Positions 1-13,271 of a stretch of DNA of 64,000 bases are shown here, in pieces. The notes below the pieces were generated by a model. It had not been told where the DNA came from and made no database searches. It worked only from the letters and a program-made list of their open reading frames with translations. A program made the position numbers and the translations under genes. Within the stretch, counting starts at the first letter, position 1. Each line of letters begins with the position of its first letter. Source of the stretch: Vairimorpha necatrix (Eukaryota); NCBI GenBank assembly GCA_036630325.1, contig CP142737.1:310001-374000 (forward strand). Reading direction: 5' to 3'.

Positions 1-59
1 TCTAATATACTCAGACATTTAGTCCTCGTTACAATTTTTAGCATTAAAAATAAAATCAA

Positions 60-826
60 GTGCTCAGCCTAATGGTCGAAAGATGCTTCCGTTGAGCAAT
101 GCCCGAGTTCAAATCCCGAAGGTACCAAAATCGCTTCTACTTAATGAGATGAAGTTGGAACAACTTAGACGGCGAAAATGTTTACGATAATCATTAAGTT
201 GATCCAATAAAACATGTGGGGATACAGATCCAAAGGGATAGTACCTAGTGTAGAAACGCACCTCAAAGCCGAAAACAGTATCACCTTTGTGGTGACTTTA
301 TGATCCATAAGTATCTGATGGTACGGCTTAGTAAGCCTCATGGCTGGTGCACTCTAGAGTGATTACTAGAGTTAACTAAGAGACTAGACGAAGTGGACAA
401 TAGAAGATCTTGTGGACCCTATTCTACAAGATTCTTTACAAAGTGGCCGAAACTAATGAGAGAGGCTAGAGGTCAGTGCAGAAATATAAAGATGCCGGGC
501 TAGTGATGCGGGGTAAGAAGCCGTGTAGACGATGCAGATAATTATGTGCTTCTTGAGTTAGTACGATGATATCTAATTTCGGATTATAGTGAACTATGCC
601 TGTTAGGTATATCCGCCCAGGGTCACTGACGCGATCTAGGTATTAATGGAAAAGGATGCTTAGAATAAAAATATGATGGATACGGCCGAGCTTGCTGCAT
701 TGACATGTTATGAGAAAAGAGTTTTGGTGAGTAAGAATTTCACAATGCCAGTTGTATAAAGATCACACCTAATCCTTCTGGTGCCATGTGAGGTTCCCCA
801 CCCTTTATTTACTAAGAAAAAAAAAA
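60..826 (+). mobile_element. tRNA-headed SINE-like / Pol III-type structured element (~770 bp)
   Basis: tRNA-like head 60-127 with A-box-like AGCCTAATGG (66-75), B-box GAGTTCAAATCC (105-116), anticodon-like stem TGCTT/GAGCA and end GGTACCA. The body is GC-richer, non-coding and has several hairpins. A10 tail at 817-826. No TSD recognised. Confidence 0.7.
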
Positions 827-2558
827 TTAATTTTATATGAATAAAATTTCTTATTCTAATATTGTCATCGAAGATAAAAACTAATAAAGCAATGAATAGA
901 ATCTAAGAGGCATTAGATAACTCTAAAAATAATAAAAAATGTCAAGAGCACATTTTAAACCTAATTAATCCAAATTTTAGGTCTCATATATAATATTGAA
1001 CGAACTGGAAAAAAATTATCTAAAAAAAGAACTAGCTGGGGAATTTATATATTAACAAAAATTAATTTGATCTTCAAACAAGCGCGTATGATATCAATAT
1101 GCTTACACTGAAAACTAAATAGTCATAGGCAGACATTTTATTATACCATTTGTTTTTTTAAAATTGTTGTTTGTGGTGCGATACATACATCAACAATTTA
1201 TTCCGCAATTAGATAATATATGCCAAAATAAATTATAAATATTAAATTGAATAAAATTGTTTACTGCCCAGGTTACAATTAAAAATATGATGTAGGAAAA
1301 TTAATTTTGAGTTTATCGTTTTGGCTATAATTAAAAAAAACTCAATTTCTGTTCTTTCATCAATGTCCTCTTTAACAAATCACAGTAGTCCATTATATGT
1401 CTCTTAAGATTCTCTAAGATAATTAAATTATTTTAATATCGAGTGTTATGTGAAAAATTTTAGACTTTAGTCAGATTAATTCTATAACTGGCATTATATC
1501 TTGTAAATATGCAAATATTTGGCACATTTCAAACCTATTCTAAATGAATCCTTTTCTCAATCTTAAATCTTAATATTTAGCAATATCAACACCAGCATAG
1601 AACTAGGTCACGTTTGATAAGAATTATAAGATGATTCCAGTAAAATATTTTTATAGACGACTGTTTTTTAACCTATATTGGGTCTAAGTTGGCCCAATGA
1701 CCGATTATAATCTTTCCTTTTTCGTATAAAATTCGTGTTAAGTCATCCAATAATTCTAAAAATTAGGCTTCATAAGTGACTAATTTCTTATAGTTTATGA
1801 AAAAAAATCAAAAGACGCAATATACCTTCGATTGTTGTTCAATATTTTAGTTGATATTTATTTCTATAACATCGGGACAATTTTCATTTTTTAACAAATA
1901 TTATCTATACTTATCCTACGGGGTTATCTGCAAGTCAATAATACAATCGCTATTATGTACTTTACATTTATTTTCAATAATGATTCAAACGCAAATATAC
2001 ATCATATTATAGAGAAGATCTACAATGTTAACGCACAACAAGTTCTAAAAAGAGTCTTACAATTTAATTTTGGTTAAATTAGATATTTTAGAAAAAATAA
2101 TTTTTTGCTCGTTGGGCCGCAATCCTTCTATGAGTTGTAGTTAAGATAAATGAAGAGATTCAATAAGTCTGTGATACTTCCTGCTCTATATACCTTGGTT
2201 AAATTTTCTTTGAGACGATTTTTTGATTTTTTTGATTTTTTTACATAAGTTATACAAACGTAAGTACAACTATAATTTTTTTTACGATAAAAATTGGTTT
2301 ATAAATGAAATGGTCAACTTATAGTTTAAAAAGTTTACCAAGACTATATTGTCTTTTAAATTTTCTTTTGACATCATTGTGTTGACTTTATAAATTTTAT
2401 GAAAAATTCTCCTAAGTTATAATTCAAATTTTGAAATTAAATCTCCCGAAATACGAATATACCACTTATTTTCGAATTTCATGTTTTTTAATGTTTATTC
2501 GGACCTATCAATTTAAAATATAATATATATAATTTTTTTAAATTAACTAGATAATTTA

Positions 2559-3743
2559 TTAGTTATTTTCACCTGAATATCTCCCCATAAAAATAGGTAC
2601 ATTGCTAAATTGAGTTGATTCTTCATCCAAAGGCATATTCTCAACTATATAGAACAGAAAAGGCCTGTTTAATGTTATTTCTTTAATTGAATCCGACCTT
2701 GGAATGTATTGATTCCATTTTAATTCGACTTCTTTTATACCTTGTTCATTAATATCTACCATAGCAATATGTTCAAAATCATTTTTAGAATCTAAAAAAA
2801 AATTACCCAATTTTATAAATTTTTCATTTACTTTTTTTTCTTCTAAATTCTCTTTTGCAATATTTGTTTTCATTTCTGCTAAAAGATCAAATTTTGATTC
2901 AATTTTAAATTTTGGCATTTTAAGATTTATCACATGTTCTGTGGATTCTTCCATCATATCATGTAGTCCATTTCTATTATCCCCTGTAATAAATTTATGA
3001 ACATCAATAAGACTAATATCGTTTTTAGGAAGAACTGCGATAAAATTCATACAGTAAATATTTAAATGCATTCCAATAGCTATAAAATCATTTGTTTCAT
3101 ATTTAAACATTTTTTCGGTTTTTTGCATCATTGGTATTTTTATTTCTTTATTTTTGTTAATATAAAAAATTTCTTCCACCAATTCCAATGAGAAAGGAAC
3201 TTCCCATACAATTTTATACAACACAGTATTCAGTAGTTAAGTTTTTAAATCGTTAAGACTTATCTTCTTTAGTTTATTTACCTTCCATTTAGTTTCGCAA
3301 TCGACAGTTTGAATTATTAGCTGCGTTAAATCTTCTGATGTTATTTCGGGATCAAATTCATGAATTTTTACATTCGAAGACTTGAGAACGGGATTGACAT
3401 CTTCTTCTATAAGTTTTAAATCTTTATTGTAAAATACGAAGTTGTTTACATACACAAATCCTTCTGATTGTAATTTATACCAATGAGAAGACTCAAAAAT
3501 ATTGCGTAACTTAAATGATAAATTTCTAAATTCGTCATTATATATAATTCTACATTCAATATCATCTTCATGACTAAATTCCAGATACTCATGTCTAGCT
3601 AAATTATCAAAAACGTTGAAATAAACCCAAAGTAAATTAATAACTGACAAACAAGAGAATACGAATGTACTATCAGACTCTTGTAACATATGATTAAATA
3701 TATTATTAGATGTGTCTAGCATCATTATGTTTATATTGTTCAT
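2559..3743 (-). pseudogene. Serpin with one in-frame premature stop
   Basis: ORFs 3237-3743 and 2559-3224 are in the same frame (1185 nt in total) and read DLKT*LLNTVLYKIVW, where paralogs have K at the stop. Serpin motifs MMQK, AVLPK, MPKFKIES, LNRPFLFYI and FMGRY are present. Confidence 0.85.
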
Positions 3744-4836
3744 GTAAGGAGGACAATAAATAAAACCGATTTTAAAGAAAGTTAATTTATCATTTTGATG
3801 ATTGCAAGTCTAACAATGCTCTAATATAGCGTCTATTTTGAGATCTTTCTATACTTTTATAAATCAATATATCGAGACAATGCGCCAAAATATGCAATTA
3901 ATATAAATAAATTATTAATCTTATACTTTGAATCAGTATGATTTATATTTTTGTTATTACTCAGTTTTTTAATATACACAATTTCATAGTGTTAATTAAA
4001 AATAAATTATAAATTGGTAACATGCCATCAGATCGTAAAAATGATGTAACTATGAGCAAAAATATTGTTATATGATTATATCAAATTTACCAATGCCTTC
4101 ATATTGAAAAAAGATACTAAAATAGAACAAGTTATTTTTTTATGACAAATTGATTTACTTATTGACAAATTCTTATATAACAAAATATAGACTTGTTTTA
4201 CGCTCGAAAATATAATTAGATTTCATCATTGATTTTATTTTTTTACTGTTTTAAAATATAGATAGAGCTTTCAATATACAGTTGTATCCGAAAATAATTC
4301 TCCATATTTTAGTCTCATAATTTATACCAAAAAATATTATTACCAAAGTTTATTAAAGTCAATTTGTAAAACTATATGAAGTTATATTACATTTTACAAT
4401 AACAAGGCTTCACATTATTTGTCTAGAGTTTTTTGGTCAGTTTTATAATGCGAATTATATTTAATGACGTGGTGTTTGTTTTCTATTATTTTGAGATGAG
4501 GAATCTTATACTATTGAAAAACTGGAAAAAACAAATACAACGTTAAATAATACAAATAATTTGATAACGCAAATGTCATTACATTGATGAAACCCCGTTT
4601 TAACTTAATATAAGTACAACGCATAAAAAACACGTAATCTTATAGCTACTACACATCCATACATTGAATTCGATTTTTTAACGTCTTTGTATGAAGATTT
4701 GTTAGAAAGATTCATCCTCGCACCATATCGAAGAAAAACAATTATATATCCACATCTTCAGGACTTTTTGTTTATAACAAACATTAAATTAGATATTTAA
4801 GATAAAAAACTTGCTTTCAGTCAATAAAAAAGTTTA

Positions 4837-6015
4837 TTAGTTACTTTCCCCCGAATATTTTCCCATAAAACATGGAATAAAAACCATTTCCCCGGGTTCT
4901 ATATTATCTAACCATACCAAATCGACGATATAAAATAAAAACGGCTTGTTAAAAGTAATTTCTTTGACCGGCTCTGACTGCGTGAAATAAGATGAAGCAT
5001 TGGATTCAATTTCTTTTACGCCTTTCTCACTGATGTCAACCATGGCAACATGTTTGAAGTCTTCCTTGGAATTTAAAAATAATGTAATTATTTTTTTAAA
5101 TTCTTCGTTGCCGTTTTCTTTTTTAAATAACTTCTTGACAACCTCTGTTTTCATTTCGGATAGAATGTCGAATGTAGATTCGACTTTAAATTTTGGAATT
5201 TTAAGACAAACATTCCGTCTTTCTGATTTCGCCATTATATCGTGAATACCATTCCTGTTATCTTTTGTAATTAGTTTATGAACGTCCTGAAGACTCATAT
5301 TATTTTTAGGTAACACTGCTATAAATCTCAAAGAATTAACTGAACATATAATTTCCACCATTTGAAAGTCTCCGGTTTCGATTTCCCACATTTTTTCAGT
5401 TTTTTGCATCATTGTTATTTCTTTCGATTCATTTTCGTTGATGTGGAATGTTTCTGATATTAATTCGCTTGAAAACGGGAATTTCCAAACATTTTTATAT
5501 AGTGTTGTGTTCAATAACGTATTCCTTATATCATGATGACATATTTGTGAAAGTTTATTCAATTCACAGCCCGTCAAATATGTTACTGTATAGGTAATAA
5601 GTTTTGACAAATTTTCAATTTTTATGTTAGATCCGAATTCTTGAATTATTATTTTCTGAGATTTTAAAATCACATCAGAAATCGTGTTTATTAGTTTTAA
5701 ATCCACATTACAAAATATAAAGTTATTCGTTTGTACATAGCTTTTTGATCTTTTTGCACTATAACATGATTCAATAAAAATGCGATTGATTCGTGAATTA
5801 AGATCTTTGAATTCTTGATTATAAATTCTTTTACATTGTTCTAAATCTTCAGCACTAAATTCTGGCCACTCATGTCCGGATAAATTTACGAATGCATTGA
5901 TATAAATCCAAATTAAATTAACAACGGATAAAGGAGAGAATACTAAAGAATCTGTCGATTCTTGTAAAAGCTGGTTAAATAGATCATTAGATAAGTCTAA
6001 AACCATGTCGTGCAT
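4837..6015 (-). CDS. Serpin family protein (392 aa)
   Basis: VFSPLS, W-x-FPF, MMQK, AVLPK, IPKFKVES, FNKPFLFYI and FMGKY motifs; no signal peptide seen. Confidence 0.9.
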   Translation of the reverse strand: MHDMVLDLSNDLFNQLLQESTDSLVFSPLSVVNLIWIYINAFVNLSGHEWPEFSAEDLEQCKRIYNQEFKDLNSRINRIFIESCYSAKRSKSYVQTNNFIFCNVDLKLINTISDVILKSQKIIIQEFGSNIKIENLSKLITYTVTYLTGCELNKLSQICHHDIRNTLLNTTLYKNVWKFPFSSELISETFHINENESKEITMMQKTEKMWEIETGDFQMVEIICSVNSLRFIAVLPKNNMSLQDVHKLITKDNRNGIHDIMAKSERRNVCLKIPKFKVESTFDILSEMKTEVVKKLFKKENGNEEFKKIITLFLNSKEDFKHVAMVDISEKGVKEIESNASSYFTQSEPVKEITFNKPFLFYIVDLVWLDNIEPGEMVFIPCFMGKYSGESN

Positions 6016-8237
6016 TTTATACGTTTTTAAGGATTAAAAAAAACATTTATAATTTTTAGATTAATTGATTTATTTGGCACATTTATAATAGAAATTTAAT
6101 GATATACATTCCATTTTTTTAGTTTATTTTTTGAATAACTTTAATTTTATAGCTTTTCGACAGAAATATAAATTTTTTTTCAATGGGCACAACATTGTAT
6201 ATATATACCCATAAGCTACATTTTTTAAAATTTATTAAAATGTGATTGTGTAAAATAAATTAAGCAATATCCGCTTTGTTATGTCTTTTATTAGATACAA
6301 TTTGTATCTAAATTCCTTATAATCATGTTGATTTCTTTGAGAAATTCAAACATATATAATATAATAAAAACTAAATAAATATTCATATAGATTTTGTAAG
6401 CTAGTTTACAAAGAAAAATTTTTATTTGTTGTTTAAATCCATAACTTATACATGTTAAATATCACTTTAATTTTTTGAAAAGTGCGAAACAAAAAAATTG
6501 GGTTAATCTAAAAACCACTCGTGATATTGTGGTAAACATGTCAACAAACATAAATGTAATGGAACCATAACTTTGCACTTATACTTTACAATATTTTTTT
6601 CGATAAACACCCAATTGTTATTAATTTTTGCTTTTAAAATTGTGCACTACGAGTATAAACTAATTGTTAAAGTGTTACAATAGAAATCAAAACTTAATAA
6701 ATTAGTTGTTATCAATTGCAAAACTTTCTATGTATATTTGAGACATCAGCAAAAAAAAGTTATCAAAAATCGATGTAGTTTAGTTTTAATAAAACTTTAC
6801 CTTCCAATTTGTAAGAGACTATCACAAATATAGAAAAGGGTTTTTCAAAACGCCACAAGCGTTGGCCTCCATAAGTGTTGATGCCGAATAACATTTGTTC
6901 TAATTGTAATACCTTAGTATTTTTACGAATAAGGCTAAAATTGTAGTTATCTCGATTAACAGCAAATATAGAGACTGTTATTAGATGCGTTATGAAGAAA
7001 AATGGCATTGAAATGTCATTTGTTGCAGATGATTGAGTATATAATGAATATAGCGCTATTATTTTGTAACATGTGTAAATATTAAAGTTTTAGGTTGACA
7101 AGTATAAATAAATTGTGCGCACAGATAGATCTGATTTTTATTTTTGATCATATTAATTTTGTAACTTATTTTAAAAAAAGAATAAATCAATATTTTTAAA
7201 ACCGATTAATTATTTATTGTTTTTTGTACAAATTTGATAATTACATTTATTCTATTTTTATGATGTGTTCACATGTTAAAATCCTCGATTAAAATTGCAT
7301 TATGTTCAATTCGTGCATTGAAATGCAATGCATACTATATAAAGTTTTTTTTCAAAGCACATGATTTTGTAAAAGTAGGCTTTATCGATATTTATGAATT
7401 GTTATGTGATTGAAAAAATATATTGATACTCAAAACAATGTGTCGCTATGCAACAAACATTTTTTTTCTATTGTTGGAATTTGTATATAACAGTATGACA
7501 TGTTTATTAAAACGCTTCGTGGCATTTAATGCAATTTTATAGGTTCAATACACAAAATTGTTGATCAAAACGCACATCAATTTAGGCATGAAATGATATG
7601 TGTTTAGAAAAATCAAAAACAATTACGACCCAGACAATCATCTGTATTTTCATGTGGTCTCTTAAATTATATGAAGTTTCGATGTTAATTCTCGAAGAAC
7701 CTTGGTATTTTAAATTAATAAATTGTAGACGTAATTCGAGATAAAAAAGATAAAAGCTCCGACGCAATGTAGTACCAAGTAAAATCGTGTGGAAAAAAGA
7801 GCGAATAGTGGTCTATTGTATTTATGAACCAGTACGATATGTTTTTTACAGACAATTCAACATACAAAAAAAACTATTTATGCTGCTAGATATAAAACGA
7901 TCTACATATAAGAGGTAAATGTTTTTTTTATACCGAAGATAATTAAATGTATAATGACTCGCTGGATCAGGAACTTCTTTTTATGATAATTTTTAAGATT
8001 CACGTAAATCGAAAGGTTTCTTTTATCGGTATAAATAGACAAACTTGATTATTTTGGCATTAATTTGCGTAAAATAAGTTAGCAAACTTTCATTATATAA
8101 AATATAATTAAAAATTTACCGAGTTATAAGCTTTGAATAGGTAAAATACGTTTGTTGTCAGATCGTGTCCTCACATTTTTTTGCAATAAAACATTGATAA
8201 TTTTTATAAATAAGCTTGAAATGTTAAATTCATTATT

Positions 8238-9428
8238 TTATTCAATATTTTCTCCAGAATATCTTCCCATAAAAATCGGTACACTACTAAATCTTTTTAA
8301 TTCATCATCTAACGCTATATTTTCGACAATGTAAAATAAAAAGGGTCTGTTCAGTTGTATTTCCTTAAATTCATCTGACTCTGATGATGATGACATTTTT
8401 AATTCTATGTCATTTGCGCCATGATCATTAATATCAACCATAGCTATATGTTCAAAGTCGGTTTGAGAATTAATAAAAACATTTTCAAAATTTATGAAAT
8501 TTTCATCAATGTTATTTTCTTTAAATATCTTTTTTACAGATTCATTTTTCATTTTAAATACAAGATTTAGTACCGATTCTACCTTGAAACTTGGCATTGT
8601 AAGTGTTAAGAAGTGCTCTGTTGCTTTTGACATCAAATCATTCAATCCATTCCTATTGTTTCCAGTAATTGATTTGTGGATATCAAAAAGATTTTTATCA
8701 TTTTTAGGAAGCACTGCTATAAAATTCATACAATATATATTTAACGGCAATGTTACCGCTATAAAATCATCTGTTTCAAATTTTAACATTTTATCAGTTT
8801 TTTGCATCATTGTTATTTTTACAGTTTTATTTTTGTTAATATAAAAATTTTCATTTTCTAACTCCGTTATAAAGGGAATTTCCCAGACACTTGAATACAA
8901 CACGGTATTTAAAATTTTTGTATTGAGATTATTACGACAAACATTTGGAATCTTGTTTAATCTCCATTTAACTTCAGAATTTATAGTTTGACTTATTAAC
9001 TTTGATAGGTCTTCTGACTTCAATGATGATTGATATTCAGTAATAATTAGATTTGGTGACCTAGTAATTTTTTGATCGATTTCAAATATTAGGTTTGACT
9101 CGTCTTTACAAAATATAAAGTTATTTAGGTATACGAATCCTTCAGAATGTCCTTGTTCTAAAAACCAATTGGTTTTGTCAAAAATATTGCGAATTTGATG
9201 ATTTATATCTGTAAATTCGACGTTATATGATTTTTTACGTTGAACAAAATTTTTAAGGTCAAAATCTAGACAAGTATCTCCAGCTATTTTTTCATAAACA
9301 TTAAAATATATCCAAAGAAAATTAATAACCGAAAAAGGAGAGAACACAAAGGTATTTGTATTTTCCTGTAACATTTGATCATATATAACATCGGATATAT
9401 CTAGCATCATATCGTGCAATTTATACAT
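8238..9428 (-). CDS. Serpin family protein (396 aa)
   Basis: VFSPFS, WEIPF, MMQK, AVLPK, LNRPFLFYI, FMGRY; close paralog of 12084-13271. Confidence 0.9.
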   Translation of the reverse strand: MYKLHDMMLDISDVIYDQMLQENTNTFVFSPFSVINFLWIYFNVYEKIAGDTCLDFDLKNFVQRKKSYNVEFTDINHQIRNIFDKTNWFLEQGHSEGFVYLNNFIFCKDESNLIFEIDQKITRSPNLIITEYQSSLKSEDLSKLISQTINSEVKWRLNKIPNVCRNNLNTKILNTVLYSSVWEIPFITELENENFYINKNKTVKITMMQKTDKMLKFETDDFIAVTLPLNIYCMNFIAVLPKNDKNLFDIHKSITGNNRNGLNDLMSKATEHFLTLTMPSFKVESVLNLVFKMKNESVKKIFKENNIDENFINFENVFINSQTDFEHIAMVDINDHGANDIELKMSSSSESDEFKEIQLNRPFLFYIVENIALDDELKRFSSVPIFMGRYSGENIE

Positions 9429-12083
9429 TATGGCTAAAAAAAATAAAAATATATAGTTTCAAAAATAAATTGACTGATTTGAACTGTAATTATAATTACC
9501 ATAACAACTGAAAATATTGTGTAGAGTATTATGGTTCTATCAATCGTCCCTTTTAGGCCAAAAAATGTATTTATCGATTTTTGACAGCACAAGCAAAACG
9601 ACCAACAAGTAAAAGAACAAACAGAATATATACAATAAATAATTTTCTTCTTTTTTTGAGAAAAAAATTCAAAACATTTCAATTTTAGGTTTTTGGATTA
9701 AAATTAAAATTCTAAACAGTTTCTTTATAAATTTACATGTATTAGCGAATTTTAAATATTATTTGTGATATCAATCATTAATTAAGAATTAAAAAAAAAA
9801 CTTTGTATTTTTTACTAATTAAATATTTCTTCAAGGTGATTTTGACGTATGTAATAATTTGTAGATAATTATTTAATATGGCTAGCTCGTTGTGTTACTA
9901 GAACCGAACTAGTTATAACTTAACCATAGAGGACCATTTGTTACAAAATTATACTGAAGGTTGTAAGTATGTAATATTTGAATATTTGATATTTTTTAAT
10001 ATCAAAAAATTTGAAATGATAAAAAAATGGGTAAAATCATTTTATAAGATGTAATTTAGTTTTTATCGTAATTAGTTTTACTTTTTACCATAAGCTTTAT
10101 AGCCTTATACGTCTATTTGTTGTTAACTATAAAGAAGCAATTAGTATATAATTATCATTTTTACAATATCAGCACAATTTTTTAAACATTATAATAGAGT
10201 TTGTAATTAATCTTTATACGCTTATTAACTAGTAAAAAATCATGGTTTTAATTCCAGGCAGTTTCCATATTGATTATAATTTTTGCAATATGTTAAGACA
10301 GTTTGGATTTGTAAATAATTATAAATAAATGTTATAAGATGCATCAACTAATGTTAAGGTTCGGCCTTTGATATGAAAATTAAGCTTTACACATATATAT
10401 ATATATAACATTGTTACATTGTATTTATAGAATAATATAATAATTTACAAATAAATCTAATTGATTTAATTTGAAAAATTTCATTGTCCGTAGTTTTCAT
10501 GTCTCCATGTTTTATCATTGGAATAAAGCATAATGAAATTTGTTTTTTATAGAAAAAACAAATTGAAGATAGTTTCTAAAAAAATTATTAAGACAAAATA
10601 AGAGGATCAAATTTTTTTACGTTAAAAAATCGATTTCTGCCAATTTTTTATTTCAATTTGCACCGAGTATCACATAAAGTTTAATTACATATCTAAGCTC
10701 AAATACAACAAGTCTTAAAAATTTTGTATTATATTGAAGATTAAAATTACTATATCGCTTAAAGGAAAATTTTTATAGAATTATAATAACAATTTTTGCC
10801 CATTCTTAGCAAATAATGCCTACTGCTATACTTATATTTTGTTTACAACACCAAATTTAAGTTTTATAGATGATTTTTCTTCAACGCAATCTTTATCATC
10901 ATTTTTCTATGCAAGTCTTAAACCTCCCTTTTCCAAAAAAGATTTAAAAATTTAATTATAGAATGTACAACAACGTTAAATTAGAAAAAGAATATAATAG
11001 ATACAACAATTTATATATAAGAAATAAATTCCCGAGTAAAAATGTTTTTTAAATGCCGAATAAGTGTTCATTTAATCTTTTAACTTGATCCTGGCCGCGG
11101 ATGACGATGCGTGTCATAAAAAGCAAAATATTTTTCTCATTAAAGTTTCCAGTTAATCTTGACACCATAATCTTTATTATTGTTTAATTAATGTTTTTTA
11201 TGAAATCCATAGATAAGTATAATGCAATAAAAACCCTTCTGAAACGCTGCAGATTTTATGTAAATAAATAAGAGCCATGCATTGTCTGTTGATGATTGCT
11301 CCTTCGAATATTTTGTTCGATACTAGTCTCTCATAATCTAGGTCAATGTTACATCTTTCAAAAGACTATTTAGCTAATAAATGTTTTTAAAATTGCTTAT
11401 TTTAAAGAACTTGTGCCAGTGAACACACATTGCATTTTGAAAAGGTATAATAAATTTTCTTGTGGGATATTGAAAAAAAATTGTTTACGTATCTCATATA
11501 GACGTTTATTAATGGGGATTTTGCCTATGTTGTGTTTTTTTTCTACTTTCAAATATTGTACAATACTTTCTTTTTTACAAATTTGTAATCCTCGTCGATT
11601 CCCCATGAAAGAGTATGTTATCTACAAAATCTAAGTCCTCGGCTTTATTTTTATCAAATATTGCCGGAATCAATTCATAAAACCTTATCATCTCCTTGCA
11701 GTATTTTGCGAGAAGATCATACTTTAACGAGTCTTGTTTACTTTCATATATACGAAATAAATTTTTTTAATTTTAATAGTCTAATCATTTTAAATGTATT
11801 TCTGTTAGCTTCAGACGTTCGCTTTGACGTTGCGTATTGCATATATGAGATCAAGTCCCCCGTGTGTGAAAAATTAATTTATAACTAAAAGATTTTAATC
11901 TAAATGTGTACTGACTATAGATATTAAACTTTAATTGATGAAATTTTGAAACTTATATCATTTGAATAAGAGAGATTCCAAAAAACGTGTTGGTAGCTAA
12001 TCCGCTAGGCTCGGCGATAAAAATACTTGTCTTATTGATACTTAATTTGCAATAAAACATATATAAATTTGTTTAAAATGAAT

Positions 12084-13271
12084 TTATTCAATATTTTCTC
12101 CAGAATATCTTCCCATAAAAATCGGCACACTACTAAATCTTTTAGCTTCATCGTCTAATACTATATTTTCAACAATGTAAAATAAAAAGGGTCTGTTTAG
12201 TTGTATTTCTTTAACTTGATCCGACTCTGATGTATCAGATGAAATTTCCAATTCTATATCATTTGCGCCATGATCATTAATATCAACCATAGCTATATGT
12301 TCAAAATGATTTTTTGAATTAGAAAAAATATTTTCAAAATTAATGAAATTTTCATCAATGTTATTTTCTTTTAATATTTTTTTCACAGGTTCATTTTTCA
12401 TTTTAGATGCAAGATTAAGTACAGATTCGATTTTAAATTTTGGCATTGTAAGATTAATTGTATTTTCTGTTGCTTTTGCCATTATATCATTCAATCCATT
12501 CCTATTATTTCCCATGATAAATTTTTGAATATCACAAAGATTTTTGCCATTTTTAGGAAGCACTGCTATAAGATTCATACAGTATACATTTAATGGCAAT
12601 CCAATTGCTAAAAAATCTACAGTATCATATTCGAACATTCTATCAATTTTTTGCATCATTGGTAATTTTACAGTTGTATTTTCATTGATATAAAAATTTT
12701 GCTCATCTAACACCGTTAAAAAAGGAATTTCCCAGACACTTGTATACAACACGGTATTCAAAAATTTTATCTCAAAATTCTTACGACAAACATCTGGAAT
12801 CTTGTTTAACAACCATTTGGTTTTATTATTTACAGTTTGTACTATTAGATTTGGTATATGCTCAGTTTCTAAAGTTGGTTCAAATTCTTTCAAAACTAAA
12901 TCCGGCGTATCAACAATATCTTGTTTAATTTTACTTATAAGGTTTAATTTTTTGTTACAAAATACAAAGTTATCCTGGTACACTAAACCTTCGGTTTGTT
13001 TTTTATACCATTGAGAAGATTCAAATATATTGCAAAACTCGATGTTTAAATCGTGGAATTCGTCATTATATGTTTTAATACATTGAATATAATCTTTAAA
13101 TACAAATTCTGGACTCTCATGTTTGACAATTTTTTCATGAACATTAAAATATATCCAAAATAAATTAATAATGGACAAAGGAGAGAACACAAAGGTATTT
13201 GTATTTTCCTGTAACATTTGATCATATACTTGATCGGATATATCTAACATCATATCGTGGAGTTTGTACAT
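12084..13271 (-). CDS. Serpin family protein (395 aa)
   Basis: Same serpin motifs. Start reassigned to ATG 13271 (CCCATAATG, MYKLHDMMLD as in the paralog) rather than the TTG in the ORF track. Confidence 0.9.
   Translation of the reverse strand: MYKLHDMMLDISDQVYDQMLQENTNTFVFSPLSIINLFWIYFNVHEKIVKHESPEFVFKDYIQCIKTYNDEFHDLNIEFCNIFESSQWYKKQTEGLVYQDNFVFCNKKLNLISKIKQDIVDTPDLVLKEFEPTLETEHIPNLIVQTVNNKTKWLLNKIPDVCRKNFEIKFLNTVLYTSVWEIPFLTVLDEQNFYINENTTVKLPMMQKIDRMFEYDTVDFLAIGLPLNVYCMNLIAVLPKNGKNLCDIQKFIMGNNRNGLNDIMAKATENTINLTMPKFKIESVLNLASKMKNEPVKKILKENNIDENFINFENIFSNSKNHFEHIAMVDINDHGANDIELEISSDTSESDQVKEIQLNRPFLFYIVENIVLDDEAKRFSSVPIFMGRYSGENIE

Noticed and set aside
60-127. Functional tRNA gene
   Set aside because: Acceptor, D and T stems are mismatched and there is no T-run terminator; better explained as a SINE-like head.
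300-470. Hammerhead ribozyme in the SINE-like element (CTGATGG, CGAAAC)
   Set aside because: No CTGANGA core correctly paired with GAAA and three stems could be built by eye.
1260-1440. Reverse transcriptase YxDD remnant
   Set aside because: Translation gives no YxDD or other RT motifs in any consistent frame.
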